50,832 nucleotides of DNA, taken from the NCBI GenBank assembly GCA_023231475.1, contig JALJEE010002282.1, positions 124,001 through 174,832 on the forward strand, written 5' to 3'. The notes beneath the pieces are model-generated. The model searched no databases. It saw only the letters and a program-made list of their open reading frames with translations, and had not been told where the DNA came from. The position numbers were made by a program, and so were the translations under genes. This stretch comes from Seison nebaliae. Its lineage: Eukaryota. Positions 23,009 through 36,400 of this stretch are shown here, in pieces (the stretch's first letter is position 1; every line of letters begins with the position of its first letter).

Positions 23009-25858
23009 GAGTGGAAGTTGATGAAATTGAAAGTTTGACGGTTCTGTGAGAATGTCAATTGACTGATTTGCCATTTGTGACGAATAATCATTTAAAGCCA
23101 ATCTCTTCGTAGTCGTGTTACGAGTCTTTGAATCAAAATCTCGATTACTATTATTCGATGATTCACATGTTGATGGATTAGATGATTGTGTTCGATTTTC
23201 TGATGATTTACTCACTGCCATTACATCATAAATGAAATTCAAACAGAAACAATTCGATCGATTACTATTCGACCTCGATTTATTACCCAATCGTTTTTGT
23301 CGAATAAATAAGAACAATAACATTATTATTAATAAACTACACGTTGCTAACAACGTTACTATCACACTAATCATTAATCGTGATGATGTTATTCGTGCTG
23401 TTCCATTATTTTTCTTTCCATCATCATTTATTCCTATATCATGACGATAATTTTTCAATAAACTTTTATCTTGTAATAAAGACGAATGTAATTGTTTCGA
23501 ATTGCGAGAAATGGTCAAATTCAAATTTGATAATTTTTTCAATTTCAAAATTCCTGCCGTTAACCGTTTATTCATTTCTCCATATTTCACTCTTTCTCTC
23601 CCAGACGAACTAGTTACAGTAATAAAATTTGGATTTATTGTTGACGTCTTCACATTCTTCGATCGAATTCTCATCGTTCTTATTGTTGTTGTTTGTGATA
23701 CTGATGATAATTTCGTTGTCGTTGTCGTTGTTATTGTTGTTGTTGTTCTTCTTCCATCATTCTTCTTCATTTTTCTTTTATTAAAAATTTTATTTTTTTT
23801 TTGAATAATTCTCAATCGCTCCTTATGGTTGTTGAGCGGAACGTAATTTCCATCGAAACAAATCGATTTCTCTCCGTCCAATTCAGCCCATTTCCATTTA
23901 CCAAAAAACGGTTTTCTCACCGAATCACAATTCAATTCCGGATTGATTGATAATACTGGTAATCCGACTTTATTTGGCGGATATGAACACTTCCAAATCG
24001 ACAATTCATTTTTTGCTAATTTCAATAAATTTGCACGTTCTTCTTTTTCTACCGCTAAATGATTCTTCTTTTTCAAATCGAATAAATTCCTAAATTTTGA
24101 AAAACGATTTTTCAAATTAAACGGTTTCTTCTCATTCTTTTTCGTTCGTTCTCCACTTTCATTCAATTTCCCATCTTTCAATTGTCTTATCCATTTTTTA
24201 GCAAATTTTCTGAACAATTTCAAAGAATCACAATCGCACGAGAATAAATTATTGGAGAAACGAAATCGTTTGATTTGAATCGTTTTCTCCTCCATATTCT
24301 CTGGTAAGAGATTGATGAATGAATTTGAAATTCCACAAATCTCATTTCCACTGATATCTAAATCTAATCCGATAACTTTTTTCGATAATTTTGGTAATGT
24401 TCTCAATTGATTTGAATCCAATTTTAAATTTTTTAATTTTTTCAAACGAACAAAATCCAAATTTTCCGTTTTCACTTCACTGTTTATAGAATTCAGATTG
24501 AGATTAATCACATCTCGAACACTTTCTATTAATAATTCTATATTCGCTTTCGTGTATTGGGCCGAAACGTTTTGTACATTATTAGTAAGAATTATTGATT
24601 TTAAATCGATATTTTCATCCAAATCGATCGATAACAATCGTCGGAATCGATTTGATCTAAGATCGATATTAGTCAATTCATTTCTAGCGAGATTGAGATG
24701 TTGTAATTTGTTCAATCCGATATACTTCCTCGAATGTCCGTTGAAAGAAGAAATACGATTTCCTGTCAACGATAATCGTTGAAGATTCTTCGCCAATTTC
24801 AACCAATTAATAAAATCGAGAGAAATAATTTGATTGAAATCTAAAGATAATTCTGTCAACACGTCGAATCCTTTCAATTGTTCATCAATAATGAAATCGT
24901 TTTCATTCTGCGATTTAGTTGGAAGATTTGATGGATAATAAGGAAATTGTTGAAGGAATTTTTCTGTCAATTTGTTATTATTCAATTTCAACACTTTCAA
25001 CGTCTTCATTAAACCTTCAAACGCATTAATTGATAATGTTGTCAATTTATTGTAAGACAAATCGAGAATTTCTAAGGAGGAGAAATGATTGAATGTTCCA
25101 TCATCAATTCGTTCGATATGGTTTCTGGATAAATCGATTTCTTTCAAATAATTAAATTTCGAATTTATTCCGAACATATTCTCTTTCAATTGTCTCATAT
25201 AATTGGAAGATAAATCTAATTTCATTAAACTTTCATTGAGTCCGAGGAAGAATTGTGTCGATTCTAATAATTCGATAGTGATATTCATATTCTTCATCAT
25301 TAGAAATTCTAATTTTGATAAGGATTCGAATGGTTTGTTTGGTAGAATCGATTTACCGAAATTCAATTGTCCTTCATCAATTCCCAAATTGAAACCGACT
25401 AAAGATAAACTTCTTAAATTAAAAAGATTTTTGAAGATCGAGGGAGGTAATTTGGGTTTGTGCAGGTGATTTTTTGTTGATTGGACACGGAATGAATTCT
25501 CATCTGAATGACTCAATTTCAATGAGAGTAATTGAAGATTATTTGTCAGTTCAATGAATGCTGATGGATGGATGTAAGAGAGAAATTGATTATTCTCAAC
25601 ATAAAGTTTCCTGACTTTCAATCCGGAGAAATCATTGACACCGATCGATTGAATAAGATTATCATTGAGAACTAATTCATCATAAATGACGCGTTGTTTC
25701 CTGAACGTTGGTACTTGACGTAATTGTCTATGAGAACAATAGATATAAGATTCACCTTCGGTTTTCACACCACACGTACAATTCGTTACGCAACAAGAAT
25801 AATTTTGAATGAGAATTATGAAGAAGATGAAATAGAATTGAGATTGGAAAGAAATCAT
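21971..25858 (-). CDS. Type I leucine-rich-repeat transmembrane protein (1295 aa, single coding exon)
   Basis: Signal peptide, LRRNT (CVTNCTC..IYC), many LxxLxLxxNxL repeats, LRRCT (NLFSCDC...WKCSYP), Thr-rich stalk, TM LMISVIVTLLATCSLLIIMLLFLFI and a poly-N/poly-Q cytoplasmic tail. No TIR or kinase domain. Confidence 0.92.
22959..23008. repeat. (ATT)n microsatellite encoding poly-Asn
   Basis: Perfect trinucleotide run inside the LRR gene tail. Confidence 0.9.
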
Positions 25859-28800
25859 TTTCTCTCGAACAATTTTTGTTTCTTGTCACGAAATTTTCTT
25901 TACTTACAAATTGTGTCAGTTAAAAGAAGAGAATCTCATGGTAAGTTATCACCAGATGTTCCATATAAATATGGAATGTATAAAATGTGAGAATGTGCTT
26001 CTATTCGGTTTTATGAGAAAGCTTTTCCACTTTCTGGTAAAATGTGGATAAATCTGTGAGAAACAAAAGAATCAGAGAAGAATTAATATTAGAGAAGGAT
26101 GGAGAATGTTCATGTTGAATCAATTGGGAAACATTGAGAATAATCCATAAATTAGAAGGAATTATAATAAATATTTGTTTTTCTTCCATCTCTGATGTTC
26201 ATTTGACTTGAATGAAAAGTTGGAATTAGATTCCATTTGGAAGAAATGAGATGAGAAAAAAGTTGAAATTGAATCTCATTTAAATGATGCAGCGATTAGA
26301 ATAAACAAAAGGAAAGATTTTTTTCGAATTTGACAATTAGATAAATAAAGAAACAATGAGACGAAGGTATTATTTGTTCAATATGAGAATGAAGGTAATG
26401 ATGATGTCGGTGAAAGATGAGTGAATCCATTCAACTGATTCTTATCTTGCTTATTAAGAAATGAAAGAAAAGAATTGACTTGAAGTGATGGGAAGAATGA
26501 TGATGAATTAACATCATCTCTTATCGCCTTTCCGTCATCTTTAAGCGCTGAGAAAACATTCGTTACCGACCCGACGGAAAGAGGAATTATTAGAACGACG
26601 AGAATAATCAGTTCTCTTCACGAATGGAGAAGAAAGAAAAGAGAATATTTTCGTGGAGAAGAATAATTGAGAGAGAAAAGAATAAAGTTAAAATGTCGGT
26701 AACGCCAATCCGGCTATCCGTTTTTACACCTTTCCTATAATTAGGGATGGAAGAAAATGTCGGAAATCAACATCGCCGAAATATTAATGATGAAGACACG
26801 ACACCATCATGACATGATTGCGTCTCGTGCAAAATCAGATATACAAGAAATCCAACGGACTGTCAATCAAAACAAATAATTAACACTGAATCCGATTAGC
26901 TTCCTTGACGAGTGCAACAAGAACAAGAGCAACTGACCAATGTCCATTGTAGTTTTATTTAATAGAATTCAATAAATTTTTCGTTGATGGAAAGATCATA
27001 TAAAACGGATAATTATTTTTCTCAATTTTTCTTTAATATCTTTCACATCAGTCACGCATCAGAAACTTCATAAATCGATTAGTACATCCCTTTGACTTTT
27101 CCTCTAACTAGTTAGTTACTTAGCAGCTGAGCTAGTTAGGGACAAATGTGGAAAGATTGCAAATTTCCCCACTCATCACCAATTGTTTGTCGAGTTGACT
27201 GTGTTTAGAGGTGAGAGACATGAATGAAGAGAATCCTTATAAACTGAAAATGAACTAAAAGTAAACCGAATTCAACATCAGTCAAGTCTCATCTATTGTT
27301 CTACTATTTATCGACGACTTAACAGCCGCAATGATGTGCTAAATTAATCAGAAATTCTTGCATATATGAATTAGTAAACACCATTTCTCCTAATTTCACA
27401 CTCATATATGAAGGCGCCAACAAATGATAAGCTGTCCATTGACCAGTTCATTCTCTAACTCACATGGCAACCAGAAACGGCAATAACATTAGAAATCTCC
27501 GAAAATTGATCATTTTCAGTTTCATAAATAAAGGACATCGTCTTACATTCTAGTTCAACATTATTTGACCAGTCCCTCAACATCATTATCGTTTGATGTG
27601 ACTTGTGTATAGTTAAAGTGAATATGATTTCCGTTCTCCAATAATTTAATCGGCATGATATTTATGTGAGAAATGGAAAGTAAATGTGGAGACGAAATTT
27701 AATTTGGAGACGGAAATAAAAACTGTTTATAAATAGGACTATTGAAAGAAAGGAAGAAACGTCTGTCGCACAATTTGTTAAAGGAACTGCCTCGGGTCGA
27801 ACCGAAAATTAATCTTGTCAATACTTTCTTGGAGACACTTTAATTGCCTATTAGGTCAATTTAATCAATTGAAGAGGAGGAATTGATTGGAAACGAAAGA
27901 TGGTAGAAAAGCAATTGTGGAGAAGCAAAGAATAATGTTTGCAGAAAATCTTTCCATCTAATCAATTTTCCACTTGGATGAACGACACATACACACTTGT
28001 CTATTGGAATTTTAGGTGTCGACAGTATCATTTACTCACGTTCATCTTATCTAACAGATTAATTACGCGATGATATCTTTATCAGATAATTTAATAATGA
28101 TGTAATCGATTAAGTATCGATAACTCATCATGCCTCTAATTCCATCAATTTCTTCCACATCTGTTACTTCTAATGGAATGGAAAAGTTTCGACAGGTATA
28201 TTTCTCCGGAAAATTCTCTGAAATCCATTTTCGAATTAGTTTAAATAATTCGGAAAGTTCGAATGTGAAAAAAGATGCAAATATCAATGGAATAAGTTTC
28301 GTGAATTGTTTATAGGAAAAGAAGAATGATTTACATAATAGAAATGAATATTAAAGAATTGACTCTTTCACTGAGAATGAGTTAATACGATTTGAATAGT
28401 TTTCTTGATAAGAATCTAATCTTTCAAACTCTGTTTTGACATAGTCTTTCCAGTTGTTGAAATAACGTTCTTAGGAAAACATTCCAAATAGAATTAGTAT
28501 GGTAAATCCTTCGTCAATAAATATGCATAAATTAATTTGTATATACAAAACATATTGGACATTTGATTAGGAAGATAAATTTTCACGATCCGGTCAACAG
28601 GAAACATTAACTCGTTTATATTATCCTCATTAGCATAAGTCGAGTTTGACCTGATTGAGGAGGAAAATTGAAAAAGAGTTTTGAAGTGGCGAAGAAGATA
28701 AATAATTGTTGGACTTCGGTCAAAGCCAAATGAAAAATTATGAGAATCATTTTTTGGTCAATCTCGATCGATTTAAATAAAAAAGATTTGATAGACACGT

Positions 28801-31800
28801 GTGGAGCAGGTTAGCACGATGGTAAGGTGCAAAGAAATTTCGAATTTTATCTTTCAACCACATCTAATCACCTTGCTTAATCTTAGAATAAATAAGTGGT
28901 AATTAAACCGTTCCACATTCAATCATTAGCATGGATGTGAAGATAATTGGACGTTTTCGATTCTCTGATAATCTCTTCTTGTTTACTTTGGATGGATGTG
29001 AAGAGAAAAGTTTCAATAAAGAAAAAATGGTATGAGAATTTTATGAATTTCATCTTTCTAATGATGAATGTTGTTGAAAGCTAATAAATAAGAAGAAGAA
29101 TATTTGATAAGGATGAGGAATATGATTGATCGATGAAGAAGAGTTAAGTTGACGCGCTGAATAATTGAAATGGTCTCTTCCCTTTAATTCTTTTTGACAG
29201 ATGCATAACGATAAGATAACGAGTTACTGAAATGGTAGAAGTGTTCGATGTCACGGATAGTGGTCATTTATTCAATCGACAATTTCGCACTTTGTCTTAA
29301 CACCCAACGGGAGAGAATTAATGGATGGAGAATGCACGGATGATGTAAGAGAAAATGAGCAGAAAATTTTCAGAAATTCAACCAATACATACGTGTTAAT
29401 GAACTCTTGGAAGAATGATTTTGGTCGAATGCATTAGAGTTATGTATCCATTTCACACATCTCTCCAAATGGTAAATAAACAAGACGATTGTTAATAAAC
29501 GAACGAATGTTTTATCTTCAAGTGTTTTGCCGTGTCGATTTGAGGAGGAGGAGGATAATGGAGGATGGTGGTGGTGAAGACCAAAGGCCAATAAAAGAAA
29601 ATTTGAGACGAGAAGAATGATGGTGAAAGAACGAGTCAGTAAATCGATAGATTTTGAAGTAAAAATAATAAAATTATGAGAATGACTTTTCTCCAAATCG
29701 ATCGATTGGAAATTATCAAAGAAAATAATTGAAGTTCTATTGGGGGAAAAGGAACAATTAATTCATCATTAGACTTTGGGCAATTTTCCTTAATTTCTCC
29801 CATCAGCACCTCAACTACATCTGGTAAGCATTTGGGCCGACAATGCTTCTGTCAAACGATGGAAGAAACTTTCCTTCTAATTGTCCAAATAACGTAACGA
29901 TGGTTTGTTGATGGTTATGCGATGATAATAACGACGGTGATGAGATGTGATGTACGAGGAGATTTGATGAACATTTCGAACGAATTAATATAAAACAGAT
30001 TTATGTTGGCGGACGGTTTAAGGGATTGCTGTGAGAAGAACATAAAAAAGATGATTGTTAAATATAAAAGAAATTTGGTGAAATGTTATAATGAATTATG
30101 GAATGATGTATCGAAATAAATCGTTCAAATGAGCTGTGCACAAACACACACATGTACCAGTCTGATTAGAGATAAGCTTCATTTAAGTAGGTCAGATAAT
30201 AATATAAATGACGAATGGAAACATGCAATCGCACCTTGTCTCATTTATTTTATGGAAACATTTTTATGCAGGAATAATAACAGGACAACATGCGGCTTCT
30301 TCGGAGATATCTTATATTTGCTAACATGCAACTGACCAGTTTCCGGAGATACATCATAATTGTTTATTTTTTACCTACACGACCAATTAATTTAACACAT
30401 CAACCAATTTTATTCTCTCATTCGCGCTCTACGTGAATCGAAAATTGAGAAAAAGATGGATCTAATGATATTGAACGGAAATTGTACATACTATATGGTT
30501 GCGGCGAAGTAGGAGAGAATAATTAAAAATATTTTCAATTTGAAAACAAAAAAATCTGTTGATAAAAATTCCGTTTTATTTCTGAAGAAAACCGTTCTGA
30601 TGGAACAGTGTGAGAAATGTGCACGGTTGGAATTTCCATGGAGAGATTCGTTGGCGAAAACGAGTAGAAGATAATTCCCCTTAGAGTTCCCTTAATGAAA
30701 TTATTGGAATAGCGCAGATTATTTCAAGCGCATTGTACCGATTCCCCTAAGGTGTCGTTTTAGATTACGAATAGACAATTGAGAATGTTGAATGATTTTG
30801 AAGAGTATGTCAATGAGAGATTGAACTCGTACTCGAGAAGCGAAGAGAAACATTCATTAAATTTACTTTCATTCACCTTCTATTTGGGCAACACCCTAGT
30901 TATTCAAATTGAAGTTAGTGAACATATTCTCTTATTTACCAGATGGAGACAATTTACTCAATACTTCCGTATATCTATTTCATCACAAATGTTACGGAAC
31001 GATCTCTAAATTATGTAATTAGAAAAAAAGAAAGAATCCACTGTTTATTACATATGAATTAATGATACCAAATTTTCCGCTTTTATAATCATAAATAAAC
31101 TTTCTTGTCTTACTCATCTACTTCCTCAAGTTTGGGTGGTTGGGGGGTAAAAATTGAAAGTATTTCAATAAACGAGAATTGACGAAAGAAAGACATGAAA
31201 AATTGAAGTGAACGAGATGTGTCGAGGGAGAAGAAAGAAAGTAAGATAAGATTTTCATTGAAACTTTATATCTTTTATTAACAGTATAAGATACATCGAA
31301 GGCGACTAGATATTGGGGACCCACCCCACCGAAACAAACGATATAACCTTCGTGATTCATGTGCTATTGTCTTAGGAAGTGGTGGAACTAAATCAATCGT
31401 TTATCCTTTAGTAAATAAAAAAGATGAAGTTTCGGAATATAAGACCATCAAAAAAAGGGGAGATGTGATGGTTATTTCATTCTTACTATCCTATCGATAT
31501 TTTAATCCCACTCATCAAATATTGCAGCGGCAGATAATTCCACTTCGAATTTATCCGATTAATTCTAATGCATTCTTCATCTACTTTATTTTTCCTCCAA
31601 ATAAAATAAATCAATTTCCCATCGGACTCGGACGAAAGATGGCCACAATTTCACTAAGAAGAAAATTGGTGGAATCATTAAATTCTAATAATTATCTATT
31701 TATCGTTGTGAGGAATTCTGAAGGTTAAGAAGTGGGAATTAGAAAGGAATAAAGTTTCTCCACTCCATTGTTCTTAAAGGGACGAGAATTTTGGGAATAA

Positions 31801-33424
31801 GTTACTGATGGGAAATCGAAGTAGTTAAGGGAATTCAAAGATTTCCTTCCAATTTTATATATTTCCGTCTCTGAATGTCGAGTTGATGGATTGTCTTCTA
31901 CCAGTCCATATTATTGAGCGAAATGATAAATTAGTATTTAACGTTCGTCACCTTTCCGTTTGGCGGTCAAACTTCAGTATACGGAAGTCTCTTGACGATA
32001 ATATAGAAAAACCGCAAATGACTCGCCACTATAAAAAAAATAAGTCTACCATTTTCGTTCGAATAGTCCACCTGCTTATTTTATTCTTAATGTTGTTCTT
32101 TCTCATCATTCATTGACATGTTTACAATTCGTCACTGTCAATTATCTGACATATATTTGGATAAAGTACATCGATTTCTGGTAGATGATTGATCGCGATA
32201 CTATCCATCAATAGAACTTTATTGAAATTATGATTCGCATCAATCCATCTTTTCAAATAAAATTCTCTTATCAATACACTAATCCTTTCAATCCATCGAC
32301 GATAAAAGAGATTATTATTATTATTATTCCCACTCATTCACCATACAATCATATCACGACTATCCATTGTAAGGTTTTATCAATCTGTACCATTGTCCCG
32401 GGTAGATTTATTGATTCTTTTAATTGTATTTCGTCGATTCATACAAATCATTAATTATAGTTTTTCTTTCAACTATAAATGAATAGGAAGAAGAATATTT
32501 GAATTAAAATATTTCCTTAGGCAAATCCGCTTCAAACTAGCGGTAAGCTTAGCATGCTTATGCAATTGTTCGGTATTTCTAATCGCTATCTAATAACATG
32601 TTGCAGTGAGGTGTCACTAATGAGAAGAGACGACGATTTTCTTCTTATCTAGTTAGTGTGAGTCATCGAGAAATCGAATGAAGAAGAAAAGAAGCAAATA
32701 TTAAACGGACGAAAAACCGGAAATAACAAGTCATAGTATTAGTCAAACGAATGATGACTTGATGATGAATTAATGATTATTTTTATCTTTCGTTCAACAA
32801 TTATAATGATAGGAAAGAATTTAAGAGAATTCCGTTAGAAATTCATCTCATTTATGATGTAATATTTGATAGTTTGAGGAAATAGATTGGGGAACGAATA
32901 AAAAATATTCTCCAACTTTTCATATCAATAACTGATAACGTCATTTTAAAGTAATTAATGGTAGAAAGGACAAATCATTTAGTATCTCGGATTTAGATAA
33001 AGAAATCAGTTTCCTATTTGGGAGGGGCGGAAGGGAGAAAAGATGAAATTTTGTAAACAAACCACAATTTCCTTTCGCTCTCAATATTTTTTACTTTTTT
33101 TCTGAAAAGGAACATAAAACTTATACGAAATAAAAATGGAATTGACCATTTCTTCTGGTTTAATGTGAAAGTCAAAGGGAAAAGGAAAAACTGTTGTAAA
33201 TCAACACCCAATTATCTGGTGAATTGAGTTGTGTAGAATAATCATCGATTTTTCCGTATTCTAAATGAGGAATGGCTATTTTCTGGAAGGAATTCTCTTT
33301 CGGTGAGAACGAGTAAACGATTCTACTTCATCTGGAAATGATGAGCGGATCATATTGCAAACAGTTCATTTCCAGATGGGTATCGAATAGTAGATGAAAT
33401 GACAATAACAATAAGCAGACACGA

Positions 33425-33458
33425 TTCCTTTCCTTTCCTTTCCATTCCATTCCATTCC
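33425..33458. repeat. (TTCCT)n(TTCCA)n pentamer repeat
   Basis: ttcctttcctttcctttccattccattccattcc. Confidence 0.8.
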
Positions 33459-36400
33459 TTTTTTTGATTACATAAAATTGATAGAAAGGAGAATGGACGA
33501 TGATATTAAATAATCGATTTGTGCATTCTAGATTCCATACATTTTACATCGTTTAATGGACGGCGAAGATATTCATATATCATTTCCGGATGAATCCAAT
33601 ACAATTCCAATATTCAATTGTTTGGATGTTAATATGAAATGTTTCTATTCTGATGGTCTGATATAGAAGAGTCTCGTTAGATAAACACTGAATGCATAAG
33701 AAATTATTCCTCTCTTAATATAAACAACTAGGAAAAAATTATTTTATGAGGAAAAACGAAGAAAAAGAATTTAATAAAATCTTCTCATAAAATCTTCTTT
33801 CATAAAATCTAGGTGGCGTGGAGTATGCTCAGTTATTGATGATTCTATATATCTTACAGTTAGCTCATCTCCCAAAGGAAATGACATCATGATTACCAAT
33901 TCTTCAATTCCATGGATAATCATCATAGTCAGATATGTGGGCGGGTAGAGATTGAAATTTGATGACGATCTGCTTCTAATCAACTTCTTTTCTTCTCATT
34001 ATTTTATTGGCATCATTCTCATCTTCTTTGTCGTCGCACAGTCAAAAGAAGAATTACCGATGTCCTGTTTGACCGATCTGATCATTCCCCTGCGAATCGG
34101 CGACTGCTGTCATTCATTTGGAAAGGAACTTCTTTCATTTCCCCAATTCCCCGAATGAATTAGATTATTCTGATTTTTTTCTTCTCAATTTATGAAAGTT
34201 GAACGGTTTGGCGGTTAGCTAAAGTACGTGGTACTCCAAAAGAACTTTAGAACTTCTTTTTAGTAACATGTCGAATTTGATACATAAATATCTCACCATT
34301 ATTTGACAAGTGAAAAATGTTTATGAAAATCTTGGAGATGATGTTGTTGATACTATAAGGAAAACAATATGGTTCGATGAATAAAATATTCAATAAGCAT
34401 TGAACTAAAAAATTAATAATATATCGTGCAAAAAAAGTGATGGATCTTCTTCTCCAATATAAATTAAAATGGATAAATTCTAGAGAGATTCCATAAACGA
34501 ATATATGTGACCGTAAATTATTGCTTCCGCTCTCGTGATGTCCAGGTGTGAGAATTGTATGGTTTACGAATATCTCTAGGAAATCAATTCATATTCTTGC
34601 CAAATGAATTGAGAGATTAATAAAAATAAAATGAAAATACAATTCTCATTCATTCTCCAAATCTCGAGAAACAGTGGCACGAATTAATAGAATAATTTTA
34701 TGATTCCTCTCCTAAATTAAAAATATCAACTTCCAAATTTCGAGAAGAGAAATATCGTTAAAAAATTTACTGAAAAAATTTCATAAAAAATCCACAGAAG
34801 AAAGCCATAAAAAAATCGTCAGAAAATAATCTTCATAAAAATCCTCAGAAAATTTATCACAAGTAGTAATGTAATTTATCGAGTAAAATATCATAAAAAG
34901 CATTTTGGAAAAGATTTTGATGAGAATGTTAAAAAAGTTAGTTGGGAAATGAAAACCTCAACAGATTTTTTACGATTACTCAATTTTACATCGATCATCT
35001 ACTTCATACCATGAGGTATGATAGAAGAGAATGACATGGAAAGAATTTGTTGTCGCTCTATGAGTCGTATAGGGAATTAGAGAAATATTGAAGGAAATGA
35101 AAGTCGAAAGGAATTGGCATTTCCATTAAACTTCCTTTTCGTCATTTAATCAGTATCTTAACTAAAGTCCTTTTTCCTTCTTGTTCCACTTTCTCTTTTA
35201 GTATTTCCTTTTCGTCTTTGCTGGAACATAAAATTCGATTTCGGAATAAGAAGAAGGTTAGGAATAGAAAGAATTTTTGTTTTCGAAGAAAAACTGAATT
35301 GACGAACTGAATTTACAATAATTGAAATTTTCATGAACGAGAAACCGGGAAGGAATTCTTTGTAGTTTGACCTTCTGCCAATCTAATGTGACTATTCTGT
35401 TTAGCCGATAGAAAAGTTCATAAATGACATCGATTGGAACTAATTGTTCCGAAGGATTAGATGATCAATAAAAGGAATAAAAATGAGATGTGAAAATGAA
35501 GTGAATGAAAGAATTGAATTAAATTGATATTCAAGGTTACATCTCCAAAATCAATGAGAGAGAGAATATGAGAGAGAAGTTAATATTTTTACTTTTACCA
35601 CTAAAGTTTCCCACATGTTTGCAATACTCATTTGAGAAAAATAAAATTTTTATTATTGTCCGTGACTCTATCGACGTGAAGTCATAAAAGAACGTCGATA
35701 ATAATATGTCATCGAATGAATAGGCATCGAGTCAACTTTCAATTGCATAATTTCTTATATAAATTCATGGCAATTTTCCGAGGAACCAGAAGTTGAAGGC
35801 CGGAAACATGTTGGACGAGTAAACATTTGAAAACACGACGTGCATTCGTAATTTGATTAATCACGTGAAGTGAATGGAAAGTAAATAAAACTACAAATAA
35901 GAATAGAAATTTCTCTGATTCCCAAATGATTAACGACCACTAACAATAAGCCTAATAAGCTTAGTTTAACTTATAACTTAAGATGGAAATTTTCCTTATT
36001 TTCCAAGCTACGTTTCTTTGAATCTGATAAGCTGTCAATATATTTCTCCTTATATTCGTTTTCCTGCTTTCTTTAAATTCTAAAAAAAACAATTCTCAGT
36101 TTCAGAATCGAATGAAGTGCTCTTCAACTTCGAATGAAGTTAAGCGTGGTGAGCGAACGATGAGGAGTTTTCTTTTTTTCGTTCGATAAAGGTGAAGTAG
36201 TTTCTCTTTCGAATATTCGACGACGAATATCCTTCTCTTATCTTCATTGATCGAGTCAGTTGCTTCAATTTTCATTAAGTAAATTTTGAGAAGAAAAGGA
36301 CTTACTTATTCTTAAGGCCTCAAATCATCGTCATTAAAGGAGACTGTATTGCTGTTGAAAGCGAATGAATTGATTTTGTACGATTGAAGAGCAGGTTAAA

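Noticed and set aside
34993..35011. TCATACC-ATGA-GGTATGA hairpin resembling let-7 start
   Set aside because: The stem is only 7 bp and the sequence diverges from the let-7 seed.
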